Part shown: one piece after another, positions 21,054-40,505 of the stretch | Layout of the letters: each line of letters starts with the position of its first letter | Position numbering within the stretch: position 1 is the first letter of the stretch | Assembly (NCBI RefSeq): GCF_009914755.1 | Contig: NC_060926.1 | Strand: one strand, 5' to 3' | DNA length: 64,000 nucleotides | Source: the human T2T-CHM13v2.0 reference genome, Homo sapiens | The notes under the pieces: model-generated | Databases searched by the model: none | What the model saw: only the letters and a program-made list of their open reading frames with translations | What the model was told of the DNA's origin: nothing | Position numbers and translations under genes: made by a program

Positions 21054-21859
21054 GACTAGTTCTTCTAGACTAGTTTTTACTCCCCATTTCCACTGAGTAG
21101 TATATATTGGATTCTCAATGAATGTGAACTTAATATTACAGAAAACAAAAGCTAACATTGATCAAATATTTGCCATAAGCAACTTCTTAGCTTAGCACAG
21201 CAGACACAACTCATTTCACAATACAAAAATAAAACTGTTATTATTGTTTCAATTTTACAGATTATGAGACAGACTTGGAGAAATTAGGTAACTCCTCCAA
21301 GTTAGGCTCCAGGTTAATATCTGACTCTACAACCAACACTCTTCACAACTATGAATCCCAAGTCCAAAAATAAACTTTTACCCCTTTTGGTTGAGAGAAG
21401 CCAAGAGTCACGGCTGGACTACAGTTTGAAACTGTTCTCAAGACCCACTTGAAACTGGATTCAGGTAGTGTTGCCCTTTCAGCCTCAAAAATCTCTCTTC
21501 TCTATGCTAGATGCAGGGCGTCCTACAGTCCCTCTCCTGGGAATCTCTGTAATAAATTAATTCAAACGAAAATGTATGTGGTTAATGCTGTGTTTGCTTG
21601 ATTTATGGACCTTTCATATGAAGTAGGAAGATATTTAGAGTTGATTTAATACTGGATTATTTCTACAAAAGTTTGACAAGTCCATATTTAGAAATATGAT
21701 CTCCTTTTACAGAAAATCAGGTATCACGGACGTACAGTCTGTTCCAAGGAAGTAAACTCCTTTGTCTGAAAACTGCCCATACTAAAGATATTTAATATCT
21801 GATGAGGTATTATAACATTAATTTCATCACACTCCCAACTGTACATTTTATAATCACTT

Positions 21860-22018
21860 CAGTAGTTCTCAAGCTTCCTATAAACAGGAAGCTTACAAAG
21901 AGCTGGGATTCCCAGGCCATACTCAGAGAATTCTGATGCAATGGCTATGGTATTGGGCCTAGGAACCTACTGTTTAGTAAGCACCCTAGGTAATTCTGAA
22001 CCACATTTTGAAAAATCG
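21860..22018. mobile_element. MER5A-like hAT-Charlie element
   Basis: cagtagttctcaa...gggcctaggaac...aagcaccctaggtaattctga...accacattttgaaaa. Confidence 0.6.
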
Positions 22019-22404
22019 TATTTGAAATAAAAAATTCAAGTACATATTTTTAAAATATTCCACATTAATAACTCAAATAATATGGTCAAGAAGATGTAAA
22101 TATTTAGGAAAACTAAGTGCATCATTGCCCTCTGGAACAGAGGCTGCTGTTTGTCACCTTTTTAAGTCTTTTGAAAGACTAGTCCATTTTTTTATCAAGC
22201 CATACAGCCAAGTTTGTATGCTCCCCAAGGCCTGGCGGAAACATTGGCCTAATTACGAATAAGTGACAAAAAATTAGAACAAAGATATTTTAAAATGGCT
22301 TTAAAAGATTAAAAAGGAAAAAAGTCATTGCATAAAGATGCCTAATGCATCTTAAGGAATCTAAATTTGAGGGACATAGAAAAAGAGAGTAAAAGTCTCA
22401 TTTT

Positions 22405-23082
22405 TTTTATTATTATTATACTTTTAAGTTTTAGGGTACATGTGCACAATGTGCAGGTTAGTTACATATGTATACATGTGCCATGCTGGTGTGCTGCACC
22501 CATTAACTCATCATTTAGCATTAGGTATATCTCCTAATGCTATCCCTCCCCACTCCCCCCACCCCACAACAGTCCCCAGAGTGTGATGTTCCCCTTCCTG
22601 TGTCCATGTGTTCTCATTGTTCAATTCCCATCTGTGAGTGAGAACATGCGGTGTTTGGTTTTTCGTCCTTGCGACAGTTTACTGAGAATGATGATTTCCA
22701 ATTTCATCCATGTCCCTACAAAGGACATGAACTCATCATTTTTTATGGCTGCGTAGTATTCCATGGTGTATATGTGGCAATCATTAAAAAGTCAGGAAAC
22801 AACAGGTGCTGGAGAGGATGTGGAGAAATAGGAACACTTTTACACTGTTGGTGGGACTGTAAACTAGTTCAACCATTGTGGAAGTCAGTGTGGCGATTCC
22901 TCAGGGATCTAGAACTAGAAATACCATTTGACCCAGCCATCCCATTACTGGGTATATACCCAAAGGACTATAAATCATGCTGCTGTAAAGACACATGCAC
23001 ACGTATGTTTATTGCGGCACTATTCGCAGTAGCAAAGACTTGGAACCAACCCAAATGTCCAACAATGATAGACTGGATTAAG
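22405..23082. mobile_element. Young L1PA (PA2-4-like) with 5' inversion: 22405-22776 minus, 22775-23086 plus
   Basis: Near-consensus L1 3' sequence in both orientations; TSD aaaagtc(t/c)catttt at 22391-22404 and 23083-23096. Confidence 0.93.
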
Positions 23083-23795
23083 AAAAGTCCCATTTTAAAT
23101 CATGTCATTTAAACCTTGTGAGTCATGCATGTGCCTAACAATCTCTGCAGGCTCAGCAGCAGACTCAAATTCTGACATCTCAATGATGAAACTTATCATT
23201 TTTCACTTTTTCATCAGATGCCCCACAGGGCAGCCATATATTATAGACAAAGGTTGAGGGGGGTTATATAGCCAGATTAATTTAGGTGACATGTAGGTGG
23301 AATTAATTCATAAATCAACTCTTCAGGTAGAAATGCTAGGAGACTTCAAAGTAACAGTAGCAGAAGAGAACTGACATCACAGGTAGAATTGATGGAACAC
23401 ATATTGGACACTGGGACATACAGTGGCTGATGTTATACAACAAAAGAATGTGATTGCTAAGAGGTTCCACCATGCCTTCCCTTTGGATCACCTTTCTTAC
23501 CCAACATTTCTCAAACTTGCCTGATCATAACTCCTACCTGAGCAGGGTGGGAGGAAAAGGTGTTAAGTTCATATTCCCAGGCCCACCTTTGAGTGAAGAG
23601 GGGGCCTAGGAATCTATATTTCATGTAATTTTTAAAAACAGCATTCCATTTTACCTTGGTGTGTGAGAAGTTGCAGCAAATGTGGAACTAATTGGTTATA
23701 ATCTTGACAACTGGTTTTCAGTTAAAAACTGGAAGGAAGACCTTAGAGATCCATCAAGCCTTGAACACTTCTCTTTATGGCTTAAGAAGCGAAAA

Positions 23796-24150
23796 CATGG
23801 AATATTATGCAGCTATAAAAAAGAATGAGTTCATGTCCTTTGCATGTACATGGATGAAGCTGGAAACCATTATTCTCGGCAAACTAACACAGGAACAGAA
23901 AACCAAACCCATGTTCTCACTAATAAATGGGACTTGAACAATGAGAATACATGGACACAGGGAGGGGAACATCACACACCAGGGCCTGTTGGGGGTGCGC
24001 GGCAAGGGGAGGGATAGCATTAGGACAAATACCTAATGTAGATGATGGGTTGATGGGTGCAGCAAACCACCATGGCACATGTATACCTATGTAACAAACC
24101 TGTAGGTTCTGCACATGTATCTTAGAACTTAAAGCATAATAATAAAAAAA
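23796..24150 (+). mobile_element. 5'-truncated L1PA 3' end
   Basis: TSD aagcgaaaaca at 23787-23797 and 24151-24161; A-tail. Confidence 0.92.
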
Positions 24151-24924
24151 AAGCGAAAACACAGAAACTCAGATCCACTGAACTTATTTGCCCTTTGCTA
24201 TACACAAGCCACAGATGTTTTCAAAAAACCAGCACCTTCTCACTATATTCAAATTTCAGTGAAAAAATACACTGAATGTCTGATTCTGTATATTTCTGAC
24301 ATCTATTTATGATACAATAAAGACTAGTTTTTAAGAAACATTTTACTTTCCCGTCATAACCAAATAATACATGTTCATTGAAGGAAATACAAATAAGCAA
24401 AAAAAAATTTTTTTATTACCTATAACTCCACCATACTTGTTAACATCTTGTTAAATATATTTTCCTGTCCTTTAGCTGTTTACATGTAAATAAGTGCCCA
24501 TTTGGGGGAACAAAAATGAAATCATATTCTTCATACTGTTTTGTGCTATAGTTTCCTACTTATTAGTATGGCTGTCAGCATTTTCATATTATTTAATATT
24601 CTAGACCTTTATGGTAATATATTCTATTGCACAAATGTATCATTTATTTATCCATTCCTCTATTTTTAGACCTTTAAAATATGTCTTTTACAACCTCCTA
24701 TAACAAGGTTTAGTAACAACCTTACAAAACATATATTTTAAAGTATTACAATTTCTTAGTGTCTAATCAAGTATATCCACCAAAAAATGAATAAAAATAG
24801 TCGTTTAGCTCCCAAGCTATAGATTTCCAGTTCCTCCTCTCTGCCCTCATGTAACATGATCTTTCTACTCAGAAAGTCCACTAGTTAAGTTTCTTCAAAC
24901 ATCTTGCTCAGAAATTAACAAAGA

Positions 24925-25095
24925 AGCCAGGCACAGTGGCTTGTGCTGGTAATCCCAGCTACTCGGGAAGCTGAGGTGGGAGGATCACTTCAGCCAGGAG
25001 GTTGAGGCTGCAGTGAGCTACCATCCTGCTGCTGCACTCCAGTCTGAAGATCCTTCATCTTTAAAAAAAATAATAATAACGAAAAAAAATAAAAA
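24925..25095 (+). mobile_element. Alu monomer (FRAM/FAM-like)
   Basis: Diverged single monomer with A-rich tail. Confidence 0.75.
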
Positions 25096-25478
25096 GAAAG
25101 AAGTCCAAATGTGGCAAAAGTCCAGGTCTACTAATGCCAGCCTGTATTATTATTACCCTTTTGACAGCTACATCATACTTGTGATGCTAAGCATATAATT
25201 TTTTAAAATCACAAATCTTTTCATATGAGCTGCATTCAAACAAAGCTTATGCATTTATTTTTCACCTACAGGTGTGTGCACCGATTCTTCTTAAACACGA
25301 CACTTTTAATCATCCTTGTATCCATCTTCCTCATATCTATTCACTACCCTGGCAGAGCTCCAAGGGAAAAACAGTATTTTAAGAAAGTCCTGACCTGAAG
25401 GATTTGATCACCTGCCTTCAGGTGACTGAGCATAAGGTACCAATACCAGTGTTCTTATGACAGTGCAGTATGTATTGA

Positions 25479-25708
25479 CCATCACAAGAAGCTGAGATAA
25501 ACGGCTGCACCTCCTATTATGGTTTGCTGAGAAAGCAGTAGAACAAAACTAGCCAGCTTGCCCGGGTATTTGTGCTGAAACACTGCGGGATTTTAGGTGC
25601 TCCCTGACTGTATCTCTCAAGCTGACAGGAATATAATAGATGAATAGTGGTACTAAACGTAGGCTGAACAACCCCTGGCACTGACCCTGAAAAGCAAAAA
25701 TAAATTGT
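25479..25708 (+). repeat. Dispersed direct repeat, copy 1 (~230 bp)
   Basis: About 90% identical by eye to 27009-27241. Confidence 0.95.
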
Positions 25709-25709
25709 T

Positions 25710-31110
<5,401 letters not shown>

Positions 31111-31270
31111 GGCCAGGCGCAGTGGCTCACGCCTGTAATCCCAACACTTTCGGAGGCTGAGGTAGGCGGATCATGAGATCAAGAGATCAAGACCAACCTG
31201 GCCAACATGGTGAAACCCTGTCTCTATTAAAAACACAAAAATTAGCTGGGCATGGTGGCGTGCGCCTGCA
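31111..31270 (+). mobile_element. 3'-truncated Alu
   Basis: Left monomer plus about 30 bp of the right monomer, then abrupt non-Alu sequence; no tail. Confidence 0.9.
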
Positions 31271-32130
31271 GGGTTTCTTTTCCCAGAGAGCAGTAAATTA
31301 TGGCAAGAAGCCCCATGCCCAGCATGGTGCCAGAGAGATGGACTAAAGGGTCCAGAGACAAAAGCTCACTCAGCTCAGCATAGTTAGGCAGCAAATAAGT
31401 TGATTTAGAATTGGCAGTTACTCCAAGTTCCAATTAGGGGTAAGATGGAACACATCAGTGGATACAAAAAGCAATACAAATTCAGCAGATGGAAAGGCAA
31501 ACATATGAGCAGGTATTTATAGAGAAAATGTCATATCCAAGATCCAGCAGGGGCAAACAAGGACCAGACATACTTCTAACACTTGGCTGTTATGTCAATA
31601 CTTTTGTATACAGTTATCATGTAGAAAGAAAGAATGAATGGGACAGTCTCTGAGTTGACTGAGAACACTTTCTTGAGTTGACTGAGAAAACTTTGAATTG
31701 GCTATTTTTTCTAAAATAAGCTGACATCAGGAAAGAAAACCCAGATAAAAACTGAGTTTAGAAACTGCAATAACAAAACTGTATACATGGTGGAATTCTA
31801 CTTTAAAAAGATAGAAACACACACATCGTATGCTCAAAAAGTATTAGACCTACTGTACCAGAAAGATTAAAGAATAAAAATTTGCAGTGATAATCTTTGG
31901 AGAATGAGACTATAAGTGACTTTTTTTCTATCCATTTAAAATAAAAATGTTATATTTGATTTCTTCCTGGAAGTTTTTTATTTTTATTTTAATGTATTTA
32001 TGGGTTAGAATATGGCCAAGGTGTGGATAGAAGAAACTTCTAAGCTTACAGTATCAGCTAGCATTTGCCTGGTTGGTGGGGAAAGAAACAGTTTATTCTT
32101 AGTCTCAAAACCTTCCTCCCTCCGCCGGCC

Positions 32131-32398
32131 CCGAGACGGAATCTCACTCTGTCGCCCAAGATGGAGTGGTGTGACCTCGGCTCACTGCAACCTCAGCTTC
32201 CCAGGTTCAAGTAATTCTCCTCTTCAGCCTCCAGAGTAGCTGGGGTTACAGGCGCACGGCACCATGCCCAGCTCATTTTTGTATTTGTAGTACAGACAGG
32301 CTTTCGCCATGTTGGCCAGGCTGGTCTGGCCTCAAGTGATCCGCCTGCCTCCACCTCCCAAAGTGCTGGAATTACAGGCATGAGCCATGTGCCCAGCT
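32131..32398 (-). mobile_element. Alu lacking an A-tail, with internal deletion
   Basis: Alu complement preceded by a GC-rich stretch where the T-run is expected. Confidence 0.88.
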
Positions 32399-33252
32399 AA
32401 TGCCTCAAAACTTTTTAAATTTCTTTTTTCTCTTTATTTGACTTTTTGTGTGACTCTAGCCAAAGATAATGTCTCAAAACACTTGCTAAAGTGAATGCCT
32501 TGAATTAAATGGCCAAATGTTTACGTTCTCAGGAAGGAAAGGAGTATGGAGGCATTTGCAGGGGTCACCATTTCAAAGTATCCAGTACCAGACCACACTA
32601 AACCCGGCTAAAAGCATCAAGAGTAAGTCTTGTTTTATGCTCAGTCCATGTTCAGGGAAAAAACACAGTTATTATTGATTCTACTAAATGTTGAATGCAA
32701 GACCAGCAACTATAGGAAGTATAAAAGCATTAAGCTTCTGTGTTGAGGAAATTTATAATCTAATAGAGAAAATAACAGAGTACTAAAACTGCATGGGAAA
32801 CAGGCTACAGAAATTCAGAGGAATATCAATTAAAGGAGGGTAGAGAAAGCAACAGAAAGGGTTGACAAATGATGTTTCAGGAATAATTTACTGCTCTCTG
32901 ACACATATGGAAAGGCGAGGCATATGGAAAATGGGAGAGAAAAAGTGGTATCTTCCTAGACAGCAAAATGAGGAAATATTGAGCAGGAAATTTACCAGAT
33001 TCACAAATTCCAAAAAGTTCAGGGAACAACTGAAATGACTGAAATGAACGTTGGTTTTGGAGCAAGTTAGGCTGGACTCAAATCCCAACTCTGCCTCCCT
33101 AATAGGTAAATGCCCTTGAATAAGCTTACTCCCCGCTGAAATGTTTCTCCCAGTTTGTGACTTGTCTTCTCATTCTTGTCATTGTCTCTTGACACTGAGC
33201 ATTAGTTGTAAAAATGAAGCCTAATGTCTTTCCTTTTTTTTAATGGATCAGC

Positions 33253-33470
33253 CTAGCTGGCTGCTGAGCAGAAGCTCCCCTCAGTTCCTTGCTGTGTGGA
33301 CTTTCCCAACATGGTAATTTGCTTCATCAAAGCCAGCAAGGGAGAGAGTCTGCTACCAAGAAGTGACATACCCACAATGATGATTAGAAGAAATTTACTC
33401 AAGGGGAAGGCATTACAAAACGTCATAAACATCAAGAGGCACAGGAGTCATCAGGGGTCATCTTAGAGCA
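33253..33470. mobile_element. MLT1-like MaLR LTR fragment
   Basis: cctcagttccttgctgtgtgg...caacatgg...gcttcatcaaagccagca motifs. Confidence 0.55.
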
Positions 33471-34744
33471 TATTCTTTACACATCTTAAACAGACTAAGG
33501 TTTATTTCGGGGGGCTGAGGGAACCTAGACCATCCAAGTTTTTGGCTATGAGTGTCTCCACAAGTATAGAAACTATTCTTGGTCAGAAATGTTTTCTAAG
33601 CCATGAAAACATCTATCTAAAAATGGGATTATTGTAAGAATTAAATAACATAAAGTATAAGATTGAATCACACTAAGTTGCAGTTTGTATAAGTAAACAA
33701 CAGTTAAATATCAGCAATTTCATACGGTTCTTAAAGAACATACAGTTTGTCATGTGGCAGGTACTCAATATTTGCTGAACTACACTATCTTATTCCATGA
33801 AGAAAATGAACTTCACTTAAAAAGAAAAATCTTACCAGAGGGCACCATGTTTTCTATATAGCTCTTAAAGATCTAAATTTATATACTGGTTCAGCCACTT
33901 ATCGGTGAAGTGGCATCAAATCAGTTACTTAAACTTTCTAAAGTGTGTAAAGTGAGGATACTTACCTATTCTTTTTATGATTATTTTCAGGACTAAAACA
34001 CTCTCCCAGAGTAGGTTATCAGATTGTAACTAGTATTAAGATTTGTAAGAAGTATGTGACATAAACCAATTAGAATAAAATCAAGAACATGAAACCAATT
34101 CCAAACTAAAACCTGAGGAAAATGCTGAGGTTGACAAAGTAGGTTCTCAAAACATTTAAGCACAGTTGTACCAAATTTTCATAGTGGTCCTAAGGGATTC
34201 TAGTAGTTACCCAAAAAAAAAAATTTTTAATTTTGCATTTTCAAAAGCTGTAGTTTTATATCACATCAGTTTTCACTGAACTGTCTAGGACTTTCACATA
34301 TATAATCTCTAAGTATTTGTATAATTTGTATTGTATGTTACATGGCCTAAGCATCAACCATGAAGTTGACCACTCTGTTTATACATTTGAACTTAAGGTA
34401 ATGATTCTAAAACTTTTATTCTGGGACATATTCTTTCTCGCTTTCCTCCCACACCCACACAACATATACCACACAAAAGGGCTTGTGGTGTTACCTTTAA
34501 TAATATATTCTACAATCCTACCTTGAGCTAAAAAAAATTTGTAAAGATCACATAATCTCTGAAGAGTTTCCTGGGGAAGAATTTAGCTAAACAATTCCGG
34601 ATGAACGGTCATCTCCCCTTTTCTTCACCAAAATTTCCCATGACTGTGTGATGTTATGTTCCTAAAGTTGCATAAGTTTTTTCCAAGGTCCAGACTCATT
34701 AATGTCTGTTTAAAACTATCTAATCTCTATCATCTATCTTTATC

Positions 34745-34796
<52 letters not shown>
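34745..34796. repeat. (TCTA)13 tetranucleotide STR at the tail of an Alu monomer (34797-34918, minus)
   Basis: 13 perfect units counted. Confidence 0.95.
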
Positions 34797-34797
<1 letters not shown>

Positions 34798-37631
34798 GTT
34801 TTCGTAGAGATGGGGTCTTTGTTTTCCAGACTGGTCTCGAACTCCTGGCCTCAATCAATCCTCCCACCTCAGCCTCCTAAACTGTGGGTATTACAGGTGT
34901 AAGCCACCGCACTCAGCCTAAAACTATTGACTAAAACAGAAAACAGCTCTTCACCATCACATAGAGCATGTTCCTTCTCAAATATAAAGATACAGTCAAC
35001 TCTTTTAGATTCAACGTTTTTTACTTAACTTTTCCTCCAAATCCAATTTCCTCAAATTGATGTTCATGTCTGTCACTTACCTTGAACTTTTTCTCCTCTT
35101 TATGTTGGGGTCCAAAATCAAGAACAATACTCTAGAAAGACTTACAATGATGAGTACAATGTGTGAGAATGCGGGAAAACACTGTTAGGATAAGCAATTC
35201 CCCTCCCCTCACATACTGTATGTATAATGCCGGATTATTACCCTCAGCAAGTACATGTTAGTAAGCAGAGTTTCTATTTCCAAGAGTTATTTATCATGAG
35301 AACTCATTGGTTTTCATGAATGAAAGTACATCATAGATAGAGATGACCAACCAATCATTAGTTTTTCAATAGTTTAGCAAATGCTGTTGGTCAACCATTC
35401 TACAGACATAATTCATCCAAAAATAGTATTTAAAAAACAATGACTTTTTTCTTAAAAAGAGGGAAAAGACATTGGTTGAAAATAACAACAAAATGGAAGA
35501 AGCTGCAACCTTTCTGTTGACATCTGATTAAATAAACTCAGATTGAAGATTTTTTTTTTAAGGCCTGAATAATTTGCCCTACTATACACAAAGGAACCTC
35601 ATTCAAGAAGAAACTAAAAAAAAACTTTTTTATTAACAATTTGTTGGTGGCAAAGAAAACAATGTCTTTACATACATGTTTACAAAATATTTCCATAAAA
35701 TAATTGTTTTCCTTTCCTTTTAAAGATTTGTTTTCACTTGGCAAAAAATTAAAACATTATTTACCACAAGCAATGAAACCCAGCACTTTTATATAAATGG
35801 TTTTATCTTCCCTTCACCCTTTTCCTTAAATTCAATACTCTTACAGGCTACCTAAATTGATAATGACATTTAGAAGGATGAACATGTAGTATGATTAATG
35901 GTAGAACTGTTGTGTTAGGCAATAATGCTAAAGTTATAAGTGCTACTTGAGAATATGAAGGATTTGGAGGATTTTTTAGGGGGTAGGAACATAAAGCATT
36001 CTAGAATATCACTACCAGGGGATAAAATGCCCAACACCATCCCTGCACTCAAACATGGGACTGCTAGGTCAGAGTATTCAATCAATTAAGCTATAGTCTC
36101 CATTTTTAAGTCATGGCAAAGGATACTAGAGAATGAAGAGATTACTTGCTATCAGAAGCTACAGACTAAGAGCTAGCTTAAAAAGAGAAAACCCAAGTTC
36201 CTTTCAGGTAAGAAACGATTTGTCAAGACTATAAAAGCAGGCCTTTGTTATTGTTTCTAATACACAGAAGGGAAAATGCAAGAGAGAAAAGGAGGATGGA
36301 AACAGATTGGTGTCTTCTATCTTCATTAGTATCTTTTATCTTAGAGAAAATATCTTTTTAAATGATACCAGGTAATAAGTATTGCAGAATTTTAACGAGT
36401 AATACTACTATTGAAATATCTGTGTCAATTAACTTAAAACCGGGAGAGACAGGCAAGATGTATCTTTGCATTTACTGCTATAGTTCCCAAATACACAGAG
36501 ATCATTAAAATATACAGTATCTTTTCCCAGGGATAACCAATTTAATTTATGTTCAATAGTTTAGATTTTTTAAACGTATTTTGGCTATTCATATTTTTGT
36601 CTTATATATTCCCATTTATGAACCTCATTATTTTCATTTGACAGAACATTACTTTTCATTGAACATGACAAAATTCCCATGATCAAAAATTTCAGTGTCT
36701 CTCTTTTTTTAAAACAATCCATCTGTTACTTTCTTGAGAGTGCTCCTCAGCTGATTTGCAAATGAGTACACAACTTGGTAAAGGTCTGTAATTTTATTCT
36801 TTAATATTGAGCACTGCAAGCTCTGTTATGAGAGAAGTAAAGTATCCCCATCATTATACTTGTTCATCTTGGGCAGAAATACTAAAGTTTGTTGAAAACA
36901 ACTCCACTTTCAAATATTAGTTATCCTAACTTTGTAGAGACGGTGGTAGCAATGTTACCACTAAAAACAAGCGTCGGGGGTTGAGGGGGAAGAATTGGGT
37001 AGAAGCTGGCAAGAAAAGCTAAAGATTCTAACTGACAAGCTTTCTGTTACCATATATTATTGAAATTACTATAAAATTACTGCTAAAAAATATTTTTCTA
37101 AAGCCATTTTGTCACGTGAGTTGGGCACAGAAACCTCAAGCTATTACGTATGAACAAATGTTTCTTCGGTTTAAAAAGGTGAAATTCCAAGGAAAATCAA
37201 AAGAACATCTGGTTGTACCATATAAAAGCAGATATCACATATTGTACCAAAGTGCCTTTCTAGTAATAAACTAGTAATGACTTAAATACCACACGTTTAC
37301 CTACATTTCTATCACCTAAAAGTTAATGTCTCCATTTAAAAAATAAGCATAAATGAATTGTGAAAATAAAGCTGTAAATAATGCAAAAATCTCTAAGTTA
37401 CACTTAAAATATAAATTAGAATCCGGCAATTTTGAATCTAATAATAGCTCTACTGTAAATACCTGAGTGAAACATGATATCCTGTAGACACTGAGTCCCC
37501 AAACCTACATTTCAGCATAAATTCTTTTAGTACTAACAATTGGTTTAACTATCTTTAGTCAATAATGTAAACATTTAGTTAAAAATTGCCTGTTATTAAA
37601 AATAAATAAATGTGAAGGTTTTTTAAATGGC

Positions 37632-37678
37632 ACACACACACACACACACACAGACACACACACACACACACACACACA
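37632..37678. repeat. (CA)n microsatellite, one interruption
   Basis: Read directly from the sequence. Confidence 0.95.
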
Positions 37679-38176
37679 TATATCAGGGACTAGATTACCG
37701 CAAGGTATGGTATTTTTTCTAACACAAAAATAACAAAGAAAACCAGAAATTAGAAATTTACCTATAGCAATTATGGAGGTCTGCTTTTTTAAATATAAAT
37801 TTATAAACTATTATAACTGTTAAAACATGCACCATGGTTTCATCCAAGTTAATTTTCTCTGACAACTGTACCAAGTAGAGCTTCTAGGAATAGACTAACC
37901 TTGTTTGTTATTCACAGATACATCACTGTCAACTGACATTAATAAAAGGAAGGAGGCACTTTTTAAACATAATAAAGACCTGGTTGTACTTCAATACTTA
38001 GTATAGAGGTATTGTATAAGTGGCCTGTGGTGATGAAATATTTGTAAAAGAATAGACTTTTTCAGGCTTGTTTTACAAGTTATCATAAGACTGTTCACAT
38101 TTAATACATAGATTCAGCTTCCAGCTAAGACTTTAAGAGGAAATTCTATCTTAACACTCCTTATAGAAAATATTTA

Positions 38177-38580
<404 letters not shown>

Positions 38581-39029
38581 TTAGTAATAAATTAGGTAGT
38601 TATTTGGATATAACATGTCTAAAAAGCAACAAGATTAATTTTCGATAGTATAAGTGATATTAACAGTTACTTAGACTGTAAGCTTATTCCAGTGTGCCAC
38701 TGTGGCGCTTTGGGGTAGGGACATTTTAAAGCACGTATGTCCCAGGAGAAAGGCAACTTAATTCTTTATAACTAACATATTCCTCCCTTAAACCTTATTA
38801 TCCAATCTAATCACACAGCTGATCTTTGACCATTTCTAACAAATACAACCTCAAAGGTCAAGAAATGTCCTGCCATATATTCAAGAGAACATAGCAGAAC
38901 CTGAAGGTACAACAAGGTAATTAAAGGGACTCTATCTACACCAATATATATCTATATACATAGATATATAGATACATATAATATAGAGAGCAAGATATGT
39001 TTAAAGATGTTACTTTATAACCAGGATAA

Positions 39030-39328
<299 letters not shown>

Positions 39329-40059
39329 GGGTAACTAATTAAATATATTCTTTAAATGATCTGTTGTTCTTATGGGAAAATGCTTGTGTGTGCTAATCTT
39401 AGAGTGACTCTATAAATAGAGCTATAAGCTTCCTTCAGTTTCATCTATGTTCCACCTCAAAAACCAAATAAATAAAAAATATACTTGAGACACTAAATCA
39501 CAATTTTTACACAGGAAAAGAAACAAGAAAACTGATACACATTTCCCACATCGATTCTTAGAAAACATAAAAACCAGTATTTCCAATTTTAAAAACATGT
39601 TATCAAAGCTGCAAGTAAGAAACGCAGACAAAAGCAACAAAAAATTCAAACAGAATACTCCATAGAGGAAACCAACTCAGAACTGACTGCATACCCTCCT
39701 CATTTTTTGAATTACAACAATGTAATCAATTTAGTGTAGAGCTTGTTCAATTTATAAATTCCATATTCCTTAATCTTTAATAAAATCACAAAAAGTTTTG
39801 CTTTAACAAAGATCACAGAATACTCTTTGATAAAAGTATCCAGAAACTTAACTCATCCTTAAAATCAATGTTAGGCAAGCCTAATCCTGCTCCCTGATGG
39901 TGAATAAGCAGGTCCTGGTAAGAAATGAGAAAGTTGGGTCCAACTACCAAATAACCTACAATTTTGGTTGAACTAAATTCCATGTTTTAAATCAATTCAA
40001 TGAAAATAGATAATCAGTTTTGTCCTTAAGTCACTTATATAACCACCCTATGGTTAAGT

Positions 40060-40149
40060 ACTGTATGGTTATTAGAAATAAATCTTTCTACTAGATCTAC
40101 TCTTACTATATGGTTATTAGAAATAAATCTTTCTACTAGATCTACTCTT
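40060..40149. repeat. 45-bp tandem duplication
   Basis: 40060-40104 versus 40105-40149, one mismatch. Confidence 0.95.
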
Positions 40150-40206
40150 TTAAAAAGTTAAATACTATACCATATTTTAAATACTCTACCATATTTAAAA
40201 TACATG

Positions 40207-40505
<299 letters not shown>

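Noticed and set aside
22651-23112. 153-aa ORF spanning the L1 inversion junction
   Set aside because: Chance fusion of antisense 3'UTR to an ORF2 fragment; GTG start and no expression signals.
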